Shown here piece by piece: positions 42,940 to 55,545 of a stretch of 64,000 nucleotides of DNA. The translations under genes and the position numbers were made by a program. Location of the stretch: contig CM022672.1 in assembly GCA_012295275.1 (NCBI GenBank), positions 3,162,001 to 3,226,000 of the forward strand. Direction: 5' to 3'. The notes under the pieces are model-generated. The model searched no databases and had not been told where the DNA came from. It saw only the letters and a list, made by a program, of their open reading frames with translations. The first letter of the stretch is position 1, and each line of letters starts with the position of its first letter. This DNA is from Chrysomallon squamiferum (taxonomy: Eukaryota; Animalia; Mollusca).

Positions 42940-43317
42940 GTAAGTATTTTCTGTTTAGACTGTACCTGTTGTACTACAAACATTTCGCATGCAGGTTGAA
43001 GAATGAACTCCAGGAACACTGGGATCTGACTATTGCTGGACCAACAGAAAACAAGATGAAAAATTAAACTGACCCTAACAGAAGCCCTGTGTAAACACAC
43101 TCTTCCCAGCTCATTTCAGATACATACTGCTGTTTTACTAAACCCAGAACAAAGCTAAACAGATGAAATAATATTTATAATGTTTTTGTATTTTGAAGTC
43201 TTATTGAACTAGTTTATTTCTTACAAAAGATACACACACTCACAGAGACAGATATACATATATGCGTACATACATACATAGACATAATTATAATTATTTT
43301 TTTTTTTTTATTTTCAG

Positions 43318-43344
43318 AGAGATGATTTTGACATCATGGGATAA
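43318..43344 (+). CDS. IMP3: IMP3 exon 7 (terminal)
   Basis: Encodes RDDFDIMG then stop. The seven exons sum to 552 nt = 183 aa plus stop. Confidence 0.93.
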   Translation, partial: RDDFDIMG

Positions 43345-43385
43345 GAACAGAAAGAACATCATCCATTTTGTTTTTACTATTTGTA

Positions 43386-43391
43386 AATAAA
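43386..43391 (+). terminator. IMP3: Candidate IMP3 polyadenylation signal AATAAA
   Basis: First AATAAA 42 nt after the stop codon, followed by T-rich sequence. Confidence 0.55.
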
Positions 43392-43986
43392 CTGTGTTTA
43401 TATTTACACAATGAGACTTGATTATGATTTTATTCTACATATTTTTAAATCTGGTTATCAGAAAATTAATAAATGTTCTTAAAAACTTGTCACATATATA
43501 TATATATATATATAATCCATGTCTAAATTTTATCATGCCTGTGAAAGATAAAATACACTAAGTAGAGGTGGTAGAGATAAAAATATTAAGTCATTAAGAT
43601 AAAGACATTTAATAAACAACTACAGTGTTTATCTCTAACCTTTAATATCTTCAAGCAACAGAATAGAGATTATCATTCAGACAGCTTTTGTTGCAGTAAA
43701 AATACATGTCACCATCACGTTCACAACTACTACTATTTCTAAACTTCTGATACTACTGTTACTGCTGCTATTACTGTTAATACTGTTACTTTTCAAAACT
43801 AAAACTAGAATACTTCTAGTAATTATTATTTGGTCACACACAAAAATCCGTAAGGGTAACTAATCAGTAGAAACTGATGGTCTAATAATTTTAAGCAAGA
43901 GCCCGTACAGATGCGAAAGGTGATAGGAGTTATTTCCCCTGAACACCTTGACAACAGAGCTGCAAATCGGAAGTGCAGAATAATGA

Positions 43987-44046
43987 ATGCGTCGACGTTA
44001 TTTATATCCTGTTATTGTTCGCGGTTGGAAACCTCCATTGGTCAAG
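43987..44046 (+). CDS. Candidate upstream first exon of the ankyrin/SOCS-box gene (may be 5'UTR only)
   Basis: Reads MRRRYLYPVIVRGWKPPLVK then AAG|GTACGT (phase 0). Joins in frame to the strong acceptor at 45151 (NDVFTQRTTQ-MKSHD). ETS-like CGGAAGTG at ~43968. Confidence 0.4.
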
Positions 44047-44425
44047 GTACGTTCCATTTGTTTTGTTGTTTTGTTTTGTTTTTTGATTTTACCTGCATAA
44101 CACGTCATGCCATTGTTGTTTTATTTTAAAGGCAGGGTCCTATAATAATACAAATTCATTGCAACGTGCCAAAAACAATTGGTCACAATTATTAACTAAG
44201 TGCGTACATTCCCCTATTTTTACTTAAGAAAAAAAAAAAAAAAAGGGGGGAATATTTTTTATAAAATGATCTATTTTTTACTTGTTAATGTTGGTTTGAT
44301 TCCGTCTTTATAACTGATGTTTATCGCTAACCCTTCCTTCAGTCGGAACTCTGTGACTGCACGGTATTTACTACCTGTTACACTGCATCCTTAAATAGAT
44401 AAATAGTACGTATCCTGTTAGAGCC

Positions 44426-44426
<1 letters not shown>

Positions 44427-44507
<81 letters not shown>

Positions 44508-44567
44508 GCGTGCGTGTGCGTGCGTGTGTGTGTGCGTGTGTGTGTGTGCGTGTGTGTGTGTGTGTGT

Positions 44568-44606
<39 letters not shown>

Positions 44607-44616
44607 GCCGTGTGTG

Positions 44617-44647
<31 letters not shown>

Positions 44648-44731
44648 CTGTGTGTGTGTGTGTGTGTGGCCGTGTGTGTGCGTGTGTGCGTGTTCGTGTG
44701 TGCGTGTGTCTGTGTGTGTTTGCATGTGTGT

Positions 44732-44772
<41 letters not shown>
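44427..44772. repeat. Compound (GT)n/(GCGT)n microsatellite
   Basis: Read directly. Confidence 0.95.
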
Positions 44773-44775
<3 letters not shown>

Positions 44776-45181
44776 GAAAGAGAGACATTTCTAATTATGA
44801 AACTAATGACACGTAATTCGTTATCAGTCATGAACTAATTTTTTTTACAGCATCTTCAAGGAAATTTTAATAGCAATAATAAAAATAATAATAATACAAA
44901 AATACAAAAATAAAAATAAAAATAAAAATAAAATAAAAGTTATCCTCCTCATATATATATATATATATACCCGACGATTTATCACAGGAAATATTTATCT
45001 GTTTATTTGTTGGGTTTTCTTTTTGTTTGTTAGTTTGTTTTACCGAAGCAGTCCTTGATGACGTGGTAGTTTTAGCATAACATCATAAAAATAAATAATA
45101 ATTATTTCTTTTAATGTTATTTTTCTTCTTTTTCTTTTTTTTTCTTCTCAGAATGACGTTTTCACACAAAGAACGACACAG

Positions 45182-46255
45182 ATGAAAAGTCATGATACAG
45201 ATGCCGAAATGTTTGATTTTATTTCGGCTGCCAAAGCCGACGATGTTGAAAGACTTTCGCGTATTCTCAACAACAACAACAACAGCAACATACTCATAGA
45301 CAGATCAGACTGGGTCCATAATGAGACGGCTTTAACGATCGCCACAAAACACGGAAAAAAGAAAAGCATTGAATTCTTGTTAGCCAGCGGAGCGGACGTC
45401 AATCACGTCAACAGAAAGGGGAAAAGGCCTTTGTATTATGCTGTCATGGAGAATCATTGCGACTGCCTGCAGCTTATTTTGTCTTACGCGAACACCGAGC
45501 TAAACGCGTCTGTCCACGAAGGTCTCTCACCGCTGATGTTGTCTGCCAAACTGGGTTTCCACAGCAACGTGAAGCTGCTGATTGACCGCGGCTGCAACTC
45601 GGATATGAAATCGAGAAGCGAAAACAAAGGAGCAGTTCATTACTCGGTCCAGCCGGAGCCGTGGCAGCCGACGTTAATTCAGTCGAAGAAAAGAAACGAC
45701 GACGGCAGGTTTCTGTGTCTAAAAGCTCTGGTGGAATCCGGAGCAGACGTCAACCTGGCAGATGGCGACGGGATGACGCCACTGCATTACGCAATACGAA
45801 ATCGAAATGTCAAGGCCGTCGAGCTCTTGGTTTCGGAAGGATGTCTGGTGAATGTTACGGCGCGCTGGGAGACTGCTCTGTCGTGCTGCGTGGGCCCGGT
45901 AACCCCAGCCTTGCTAGCGCTGTACGTGGCAGACGCGCGGATAACGAGAGTTCTTTTAGCCGCGGGGTGTAATTTTCTGACGTGTCCCGCCATGGTGAAA
46001 ATTAAAACGAGCGAGCCGCGCCTTCTCTGTCTGGGCCCGTGTCACAGCACGCCGCAGAACTACGACAGCGACGTTCCGCGAGTGAAACGAGATCCCAGGA
46101 ACCTGCTGAGTTTGTGTCGACTGGCTGTCAGAAGAATTATGGGACAGAATATTTCTAGGTTCGCGGATCAGCTGAAACTCCCCGCGCCCCTGATTTTGTT
46201 TATCTCCAAAACTCAGTACGAATTTGAACTGCTGAGTTATTTAACGAACTGCTAA
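45182..46255 (+). CDS. Ankyrin repeat and SOCS box protein (ASB-like E3 ligase substrate adaptor), 357 aa ORF
   Basis: About 7 ankyrin repeats (ETALTIATKHG..LLASGADVN, LSPLMLSAKLG, MTPLHYAIRNRN..) and a C-terminal SOCS box PRNLLSLCRLAVRRIMG..LKLPAPLILFI. The exon opens at the acceptor ending 45151. Confidence 0.92.
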   Translation: MKSHDTDAEMFDFISAAKADDVERLSRILNNNNNSNILIDRSDWVHNETALTIATKHGKKKSIEFLLASGADVNHVNRKGKRPLYYAVMENHCDCLQLILSYANTELNASVHEGLSPLMLSAKLGFHSNVKLLIDRGCNSDMKSRSENKGAVHYSVQPEPWQPTLIQSKKRNDDGRFLCLKALVESGADVNLADGDGMTPLHYAIRNRNVKAVELLVSEGCLVNVTARWETALSCCVGPVTPALLALYVADARITRVLLAAGCNFLTCPAMVKIKTSEPRLLCLGPCHSTPQNYDSDVPRVKRDPRNLLSLCRLAVRRIMGQNISRFADQLKLPAPLILFISKTQYEFELLSYLTNC

Positions 46256-46290
46256 GTTATTTAACGAACTGCTGAGTTATTTAACGAACT
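46226..46290 (+). repeat. 20-bp tandem triplication spanning the ASB stop codon
   Basis: GAACTGCT(G/A)AGTTATTTAAC three times, plus GAACT. Confidence 0.9.
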
Positions 46291-46580
46291 TCTAAACTGA
46301 ACATCCAAATTACTGGGGTATTGTTTTTTTTGTTGTTGTTGTTTTTATAAAGACTAGTATAATGATAAATAGCTAGTTTACGAGGGTGCAAGGTTTGCTG
46401 ATACTTTCTTTCTTGAGATGATATGACATATAGAATGTAAAAGAAAATACTTAACATCCAGAAGATACGATTATTTTTGGGGAGATTTAGTTTATGGTGA
46501 TAATATTGAAGATATTATTATTTACTTCTTTCTTTTTTTGTCCTTTAAAGATAAAATATTCCTTTGTATATTTTTGTAAA

Positions 46581-46653
46581 GGGACAGTTCCCCACACAGA
46601 CAGTTCCCCATTCGGACAGTTCTCCCACTCCACACAGTACTGAACAGAATTAG

Positions 46654-46698
<45 letters not shown>

Positions 46699-46946
46699 TA
46701 TTATTAACCTTTAACCAACAATAACTTTCATTAGTACTGACATATAAAACTGCTTGATTTTATCAAATCTTACACGATGGATCATCCTCCCAAGTCAGTC
46801 AAGTTCAGTTACACAACCATCCTCTGAAGTGCAGTCACAGAAATAATACATGTATACTGATAAACATGTAAAACACACTTATAAAAAATTAAAATTGCTG
46901 AATTAACAAACATTGTTATTATGTATCGGGGAATTGTCAGTGATTC
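46581..46946. mobile_element. Second MITE-like element of the GACA(A/G)TTCCCC family
   Basis: Left arm has three GACAGTTC(C/T)CC units; the inverted GGGGAATTGTC lies at 46928-46938. Confidence 0.5.
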
Positions 46947-48139
46947 GTATATTTGCGATGATATTACTTTATAGTCATATTTTATTATTAACAAAGAGTA
47001 TATGCCAATAATTTTGAACTATTCGGAATGTATTTAATGGAAAGCATTGTCATGATGCTGCTATATATATATATATATATATATTTACTTTATTATCAGC
47101 AAACACCTTTGCCCCAAATAATATGCATTTGAATGTTAAGCTTTATCGTTGACCTAGTCTTTTGTAGTCAAAGTTGCTCAAAATGGAGAAAACTGAAAAC
47201 TCAGGATAACCTTTTCTACAGTATGTTAACAATAGTCGTATTTGTTTGATTCTTGAAACTTGATATTTTGAACTTTTACAAATATATTTTTGTCTTTTGA
47301 AGTAAAATTTTATCTGGTTTTAAAAGGTGTTTTTTATGATAGCGGGACCAACACATTTCTACAAGATATCAGATAAAAAAAAAATTAAAAATAATTATCA
47401 TACCACAACAACAAAGAAATCAGTCAGCTACAAGTTCATAACATTTTTATTGTTCAGATTATCTTTGTCGAAGCTGCCCCATAATTAAAGTTACGTCTTT
47501 TTCATACAAAAAAACAAAACAAAAAAAACGGTGGCTAAACGTAGATTCGGAAAATTCTAATATATAACAGTAGCAACTAGTTGTCTTTAACGGTGTTATT
47601 TATTACTGAATTCACTCGGAATTTTAATTACTACTGAATTTACTCGTAATTTTAATTAATATTTAATTCACACAAAAATGTACTTTAACTTTTTTGCTAC
47701 AAAATTCACTCATAATTTATATTAGTATAGAATTTACTCAGTAATTTTTATTATTACTGAATTAGCATTCAAAAAAAAATATCTTGAATTCATTTTGAAT
47801 TATCCAAAAATTCGTCAAGAAAAAGTGTTACGTATTACAATTCAGTTTACAGTTGATTGATTCATTTTTCTAAAACACTACGATTTTTACTATCCTATAG
47901 AAAATCAGGAATATACATCAGTTTTGAAATTCTTGACCATAATTCCAGCTGGATTTCAAAACAAGCCATAAATAAGTAAAGTAACGGAAGGTTTTATAGG
48001 TTAATGTCTGAATGGTAACTAGAATTTTGTATCTCGCTCAAAAGTAACAAGAAATGTAGTTTAAGATGTTTCCGTTATTAGTCAAACCCATATAAACATT
48101 CAGGATTCTGATTAAAATTATGTAGACAGAATATCCTCC

Positions 48140-48265
<126 letters not shown>

Positions 48266-48679
48266 ACTCTCTCTCCACATGCGTCTGTTTAACATAGATG
48301 CAAAAATACAGATGCACGCACACACGAATATACATACACAAAAAGCAATGAAATTATCCTTAACACTATTTGAATTGAATTTTTTTTTTTTTCATTCTTA
48401 ATTAATTATCTTTTGAACGTATTTTGGACACACGAATCACAATTTCACAGATATACAACACAGTTTAATGTGATTGTAACTTCAATAATCATTTCCCAAA
48501 ATATTTATTATGTATTGAATATTATTCTAGTCTGCACAGCTATCTCCCGAAAATCAGCTATCCTTTTTATCTGTTGCTGAAGATAACTTTTTTCGTCTTT
48601 CTTTATTTCTGTTTTCGTTCTTCTTCTACCCCATCCTAACAAAATAAATAAATAAATAAACAAATAAATAAATTATTTG

Positions 48680-49020
48680 GACGATACGTTCCAGCCTCTG
48701 TGAGTTCACTTTAACATTATCGAATTGTGGAATCAGCGAGACGTTGTTTAACGCGACACTGACCCGGTAGGTCAAGATTTCACTTCCAGCATTTCCGATC
48801 ATCAAAACCTCCGGTGGATTGCCGGTTTCCTATCGTTACAACAGCTGCGGCCGATCGTAAGTTTCCTATCAGCGCAACATAGCACAAGTTTCCTGTCTTC
48901 AGAGCCGTGGACCAGGATGTCTTCCTTGTTGTGCTTAGTTACAGTACTCTGGGATGCTATGAGACGATGTTATTCGCTGTACATATAGACAGACAAACGG
49001 CAGATGAAAGGTGACTGGAG
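48680..49020 (+). promoter_or_regulatory. Promoter and probable non-coding first exon of the Sushi/HYR gene
   Basis: CpG-rich patch with three GTTTCCT (ETS-like) motifs, ending in GAG|GTAGGT. The next acceptor (49518) precedes the signal-peptide ATG. Confidence 0.5.
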
Positions 49021-49533
49021 GTAGGTGTTGGTTAATTAAAGGTTTTCTGAATGGAACTGAAACGAAAAGTAGTATGTATTGGTAACAATTTAGAAGTTTT
49101 GGGTGTATTTTTAATGTATATACTGGTGTTTAATGATGATGATGATGCTGATGATGATGATGATGATAACAGTAATAATATTAATAATTTCTCCTCTCAA
49201 AATACTAATAAAATAGATTTAGTGGGAAAATTATAACAGCATTATAATAATAATAATAAATAATAATAATAATTATTATTATTATTATTATTGTTATTAT
49301 TATTATTACTATTATTATTATTGTGTTGTTGTCTGTATCGTCGTTGTCATCATTATTACTACTTGTCGTACCTATTACTATTAAATAATTTGCATTAACA
49401 AAGTGCATGTGTGCGTGTGTATTTCTCTCTATATGTCTGTATGTGTGTGCATGTGTATGTATGCATATGTGTGTGTTTTGTCTGTATATAAACACTTAGA
49501 TGTGTTTACATCTTGCAGGTTTTGTCAGACACA

Positions 49534-49567
49534 ATGCACGTGTGGACAATCCTAACACTTTTTCTGC
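49534..49567 (+). CDS. SVEP1-like Sushi/HYR protein, coding exon 1 (signal peptide start)
   Basis: Encodes MHVWTILTLFL; donor GTACGT, phase 1. Confidence 0.7.
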
Positions 49568-49804
49568 GTACGTAATTTTAAATATTTCGTATATTATCAT
49601 TATTAATTTGTTATTTTAATCTTGTAATTCAGCGCTAATCAGTTTACTATTTAAATAGAAACCTGTTCTTCCTCTTCTTCCGTACAATAATTCCAGTTAC
49701 AAATCCATGTTATTGTGTACACGGTTTTTAGATTTCTTAATATATTGTTTTTAATATAAAAGTTTAAAAACTTATTGTTATTATTATTATCATCATCATC
49801 ATCA

Positions 49805-49857
<53 letters not shown>

Positions 49858-49905
49858 TTTTTATTATTATTATTATTTAACGGATACCAGTTTTATTATG
49901 AACAG

Positions 49906-49947
49906 TTTTTCAGATTTTGTTTGTAAATGGACGGCACAAAATAAGAG
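49906..49947 (+). CDS. Sushi/HYR protein exon (end of signal peptide)
   Basis: Encodes (L)FQILFVNGRHKIR using the AG at 49904-05; donor GTGAGT. Completes MHVWTILTLFLLFQILFVNG. Confidence 0.65.
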
Positions 49948-50404
49948 GTGAGTTAAAGTTGGAAATAAATAAATTACTACATAAATATACAAAACCGATA
50001 AATAAAAAGGCAAATAAATAAACTAATGAACAAACAGTTGAGGAATAAATAATAATAATAAAAACAGCAATAAATATATATAAATAATAGAAATATTCAT
50101 TTAAATGTTTTCGCTATAAACTTAATGGAAAACAGCTTAACATATACATAAAAACAACAACAACAAACAAATGAAATATAATTTTATGTACACTTACATA
50201 TATTCATATATAAAACGTAAAGGCGTACATATTATGTACGTACAATTCATATATAAATATATATTTTTTTTATACTGTTACATTACTTCATGTTATGGTA
50301 TGTTATGTTAAAGTAGATCATGTCATTTTATGTCATATTATTTCATACATTTCTTCTTTTTTTCTTTAATATTTTTCTTTTTCTTTTCTTTACTATTTTT
50401 TGAA

Positions 50405-50479
<75 letters not shown>

Positions 50480-50499
50480 TTTTGATATATTTCTTTCAG

Positions 50500-50532
50500 C
50501 GAAAAGAACTATTGGTAAATTCTGGGGTCAAG
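50500..50532 (+). CDS. Sushi/HYR protein micro-exon (completes furin-type RAKR)
   Basis: Encodes (A)KRTIGKFWGQ; TTTCAG acceptor, GTATGT donor; 33 nt, symmetric phase. Confidence 0.7.
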
Positions 50533-50796
50533 GTATGTATATTTGTCTCGCTTCCTCTTCCCTCTTTTAACCCATTTGAGTAACTTAGAATTATTATCTT
50601 ACTTCTTTCTATTTGTCTGTTAGTCTGTCTTTTTTTTCATTAATTTATCTATATATCGTTCTTTTTGTCTATCCATTTTGTCTATCCATATCTGTCTATC
50701 TATCTGTCTGTCTGTGTGTCTGTCTGTTTACCTTTCTATACAGAAAGACTGTCGCATTTGCATCTTTCATAAATATATATATTTTTTCTTTTTCAG

Positions 50797-50841
50797 TGGC
50801 AAAAACAGCAGTAAGAACGTGGGACACCATTGTCAGAGAAT
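50797..50841 (+). CDS. Candidate micro-exon of the Sushi/HYR gene
   Basis: Strong acceptor; 45-nt open symmetric frame (V)AKTAVRTWDTIVRE; weak donor GTATCA. Confidence 0.4.
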
Positions 50842-51370
50842 GTATCATCACTTTTTTTAATCCAGACACACACACAGACAGACACATTATTTATTAACAT
50901 CTCATTTTGTTTAAGTAAACAATAGCAATATTTTAAGAGCATTCATAAGCAGAACAAAATACACAGTGTTCTTTAAAAGCCTTATTAATTATTTATTCGA
51001 CACAGCCAAAGATAACATTAGTTTCATAATACGAATTATATTTACATAGGTTTTTTTATATAATTTTTTTTGGGTATTTAATATTTATCTTTTCTGAAAA
51101 TTAAATAGATATATGAAAACTATCAAAATAATTAAATATACTAAATAAGAACGATAATGTTAATGACAATAACAACAGTATTGATGATGAGGATGTTGAT
51201 GATAATAATAATGATAATAACAGTTGTAGTATAATAATAACAACAAAAACAACAACATCATAATAATAATAATATAATAATAATGGTAATAGCAATATTA
51301 ACAGAACAAAAAAAAAAAAAAAAAAAAAAACAACAGCAATAATAATGAAATTTGCATTTATATGTTTCAG

Positions 51371-51491
51371 TTAACGTACCACCAACTATCAAGTGCAACT
51401 CCGATTCCAGTTTCACAGCGGGATACTTTAAAGATTATGTAACTGTAACACTGGGAAAGCCTGGATGGGTAGACGACAAAAGAGGAGTCAA
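51371..51491 (+). CDS. HYR domain 1, first half
   Basis: Encodes NVPPTIKCNSDSSFTAGYFKDYVTVTLGKPGWVDDKRGV(K); canonical splice sites. Confidence 0.85.
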
Positions 51492-51757
51492 GTAATCTAG
51501 ATTTAAAATAGTTTTCAATAGCATGTCCTGGAAAATAATTGTTTTCACATCAAGACAGAATCTGAAAGAAAACAAATAAACAAAAACAGTAAGAAAACAA
51601 GACCACCTACATATTCTGTGTAGCAAAGAAAGAATACTTACAATGATATAAGACTAAGAGAGATCGATAATTAGATAGATATATGGATACTGACTAAACG
51701 GACTGAAAATAAGAAACGGTGACATGATCCAGTTTAAACAGATTTCATAGTGTGTGC

Positions 51758-51829
<72 letters not shown>

Positions 51830-51887
51830 CCAGCCAAGTAAGAAGTATTGCATGATAAATATGTGATTATTTCATGCTAATTTTCAG

Positions 51888-52012
51888 AATAACTCAAGTG
51901 TCTGGGCCAAAGTCTGGCAGTAAATTTTACGAAGGGATCCACACAATAACTTACAAAGCTACAGACACAGAAGGAGCAACGGACTATTGCGCCAAAACTG
52001 TAACTATCAAAG
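51888..52012 (+). CDS. HYR domain 1, second half
   Basis: Encodes ITQVSGPKSGSKFYEGIHTITYKATDTEGATDYCAKTVTIK, matching the HYR pattern SGS.F..G...I.Y.A.D..G....C...V.V. Confidence 0.9.
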
Positions 52013-52182
52013 GTAACCGTCTTCTTCTTTTCCTTCTTCTTATTACTGTTGTTGTTGTTGTTGTTGTTGTTATTCCTCTCCTTACTTTTTTTTTTTTTCA
52101 TTTTGCTGTTATGCTTTTGCCTGTATGTTTTATAACTTGTTTGCTGTCTAAACATTACATGGTTTGGCTCTTGATGTTTCAG

Positions 52183-52362
52183 TAATAAAGTGTCGAAGTT
52201 TGGCCACTCCGTCTCATGGCAGCAAAAACTGCGACAACAGCGACAACATCTACGGTACGGACTGTTATTTCAGCTGCAGCACAGGATACAAACTAATTGG
52301 CAGCTCAAAGTCTTCGTGTCAGAAAAGTGGTTATTACGACAACCTCACCCCCACATGTAGAC
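52183..52362 (+). CDS. Sushi/CCP domain 1
   Basis: Encodes IKCRSLATPSHGSKNCDNSDNIYGTDCYFSCSTGYKLIGSSKSSCQKSGYYDNLTPTCR; 180 nt, phase 1-1. Confidence 0.92.
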
Positions 52363-53062
52363 GTAAGTAAAATTATATTAGAGTTTTACTATCCTCATTG
52401 TCTTTAACAACAACTACTACTACGACTACAGTTTTAGTACTACTAGTACTACTATTACCACTACTACTACAACAGCTACTACTACAACAACTGCTACACA
52501 ACTATTCTACTTTCATTACTACTACTACTACTGCTACCACTACTACAATAACTGCAATTAGTACCACGACACCAACTACTACTTCAACTATTATTCCACT
52601 GCTACTACCACTACAAGTACAACTACTATTCTTCTGTTACTACTACTACCACTACTACAACTACTGCAACTAGTACTACGACAACAATTACTACTACATC
52701 TATTATTCTACTGTTACTACTACTAATATTACTACAACTGCTACAACTACTATTCTACTGTTACTACTACTACTATTACTACAACTGCTACAACTACTAT
52801 TCTACTGTTGCTACTACTACTATTTTCACTACAACTACTGCTATTAGTATTACCTTTTCTACTATGCTATTTCTATTACTAGTAATATTAATGCTACCAT
52901 CTTTACTATAACTGTCGCCATCATTAATATCAGAGCAACTGTTATCCAAAAACTAATTATATTACACTCCTCCTCATCATCATCATGATTATTATTATTA
53001 TTATTATCATCATCATCATTATTATTATTATTATCATCATCATCATCATCCTCATTATTCAG

Positions 53063-53243
53063 GTATATACTGCAACAGGTTGCCAACACCATCTCACGGG
53101 TCCAAAAACTGCGATTCATCTCAGAACGTTTACGGTACAGAATGCACTTTCAGATGTGACCCAGGATTTCAGCTTTCAGGTTACACGAAAGTCTGTGTGT
53201 CAGAGCGACGGTACATTCAGTCATTCAGCGCCGTCCTGTAGTC
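53063..53243 (+). CDS. Sushi/CCP domain 2 (contains a +1 frameshift as given)
   Basis: IYCNRLPTPSHGSKNCDSSQNVYGTECTFRCDPGFQLSGYT, then KSVCQSDGTFSHSAPSCS in a shifted frame; 181 nt against 180 for the sister exons. Confidence 0.88.
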
Positions 53244-53363
53244 GTAAGTGTAGTCAGTAATCAATATCATCAGCAGCAATAATTACATACCCTCTGTGTT
53301 CAGTTTCTGTCTCTCAGTGTTTCTTAATCGTTCTGTTTCTCTCTCTGTACTTCTAAGTTTGAC

Positions 53364-53487
<124 letters not shown>

Positions 53488-53610
53488 TTTAACGGTATTC
53501 CTATTAGCCAAAAGCAGATTCTTTATGAAAGGTTTAATATAATATAATATAATATGATGATATGATATGATATGATACGAAATAATACGCCATAATGCAT
53601 TATTCTGTAG

Positions 53611-53790
53611 GAGTTTCTTGTCCCAGTTTAAAGATCCCCTCGAACGGTGCAAGCTTCGACTGTTCTAACGCAAACTACTACGGCAGCACGTGTTCACTGA
53701 AATGTCAGAAAAGCTTCACTCCAGCTCTTCAAACTCACACCACGTGTCAAACCAGCAAGAGATGGTCTACAACAGACTTCGCCTGTCGAG
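53611..53790 (+). CDS. Sushi/CCP domain 3
   Basis: Encodes VSCPSLKIPSNGASFDCSNANYYGSTCSLKCQKSF..TTCQTSKRWSTTDFACR; 180 nt. Confidence 0.92.
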
Positions 53791-54103
53791 GTGTGCTCAT
53801 TTTCGTTTTATTTGTTTTTATTTTGTTTTTATATTTATCTTATATATATATATTTTTTTTATCTAATTTATTAAAATGTTTATTTATTTGCTTATGATTT
53901 ATTTATTTATTTATTTATTTATTTAATTATTTAGATTTATTACATTCATTTTTTGGTATTTTTTACTTACTTCAAATATTTTCACGTAATAATTATAATT
54001 TATTACTTAAATCATTTTACTTCTTTATTTCTTTAAATATACATATTTATCCATTTTTACTATATATCTCTATCTCTGTTCGCCTGTCTGTCTATCTATC
54101 TAA

Positions 54104-54242
<139 letters not shown>

Positions 54243-54367
54243 CCTCCCCTCCATCTAATCTATCTATATATCCATCTATCTGTCTAGTTACTGATTTATT
54301 TAATTTTCAAACAGTGTAAATATCAAATGCAATTCCCGATGATATAATAATGTGTTATTTCTTACAG

Positions 54368-54547
54368 GCATACAGTGTAACACTCTTCAGACACCCAGAG
54401 ACGGCAACAAAGTGTGCGACAACAAAGATGACGTGTACGGTACAGAATGTGTGTTCAGCTGTGACAGCGGCTTTGAGCTGGAAGGCTACCTCAAGTCTGT
54501 TTGTCTACACAACGGTTCATACAGTCTCCCAGCACCGACGTGTAACA
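54368..54547 (+). CDS. Sushi/CCP domain 4
   Basis: Encodes IQCNTLQTPRDGNKVCDNKDDVYGTECVFSCDSGFELEGYLKSVCLHNGSYSLPAPTCN; 180 nt; donor GTCAGT. Confidence 0.92.
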
Positions 54548-54577
54548 GTCAGTGAATTTCTTCTTCTTCGTCTTACT

Positions 54578-54719
54578 ATTATTATTATTATTATTATCGT
54601 TATTATTATTATTATTGTTATTATCGTTATTATTATTATTTTTATCGTTATTGTTATTATTATTATTATCGTTATTGTTATTATTATTATCATTATTGTT
54701 ATTATTATTATTATCGTTA

Positions 54720-54769
<50 letters not shown>

Positions 54770-54911
54770 GTTGTTGTTATTATTATTATTATTGTTATTA
54801 TTATTATATTTATCGTTATTATTATTATCGTTATTATTATTATTATCGTTATTGTTATTATTATTATTATATTTATCGTTATTATTATTATTATTATTAT
54901 TATTATTGTTA

Positions 54912-54976
<65 letters not shown>

Positions 54977-55057
54977 GTTATTGTGGTGGATATTGTTATT
55001 ATTACTGTTGTTCTTCTTCTTCTTCTTATTGTTATTGTTGTTATTATTATTATTATT
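54578..55057. repeat. Long imperfect (TAT)n trinucleotide tract
   Basis: Read directly; source of the poly-I and poly-L pseudo-ORFs. Confidence 0.95.
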
Positions 55058-55365
55058 GCCATTAATATTTCACTGTTAAATTTATTATTTTAATTTTTAA
55101 TTTTATCAAGCTTTTTTTTAAAATATAATTTACCACATATTCTTTATCTTTATTATTTATAATTTTATTCTGTTAACTAAATGTTTTCTTTCATCCAAAA
55201 ATCCATCCATCATCTGCCATGTTTTCTTTATTTCTATAATTTAACATACTCTTTATACATTTTCTAGCATTCACATTCGCTTTACTGACATATTTATCAT
55301 TTATAATCACACGTCTTCGTGCTTATAAACACGTTTTAAAATATTCAGAATCGCCTTAATTTCAG

Positions 55366-55545
55366 TTGTTTCGTGTCCTAAGCTGGAAGTACCTTCCCAC
55401 GGGCTGTACTTCAAGTGTTCTAACGGGAGGTACTACGGGAGTGTGTGTACCCTGGAGTGTGAAACAGGGTACTCTGCAGTTCGTGGTACTCACGTAATTT
55501 GTCAGGCCAACAGAGAGTGGACCAAAACCAGCTACAAATGTGAAG
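55366..55545 (+). CDS. Sushi/CCP domain 5
   Basis: Encodes VSCPKLEVPSHGLYFKCSNGRYYGSVCTLECETGYSAVRGTHVICQANREWTKTSYKCE; 180 nt. Confidence 0.92.

Noticed and set aside
44378-44838. HT- and CV-repeat ORFs (also 24276-24671, 35628-36391, 61541-61867)
   Set aside because: Stop-free microsatellite translations with no splice or domain support.
49914-49947. Alternative acceptor at 49913 for the signal-peptide exon
   Set aside because: It gives a phase incompatible with the next exon and destroys the hydrophobic signal; 49905 is preferred.
54350-55093. Long poly-Ile/poly-Leu ORFs
   Set aside because: Translations of a (TAT)n intronic tract; only 54368-54547 is coding.
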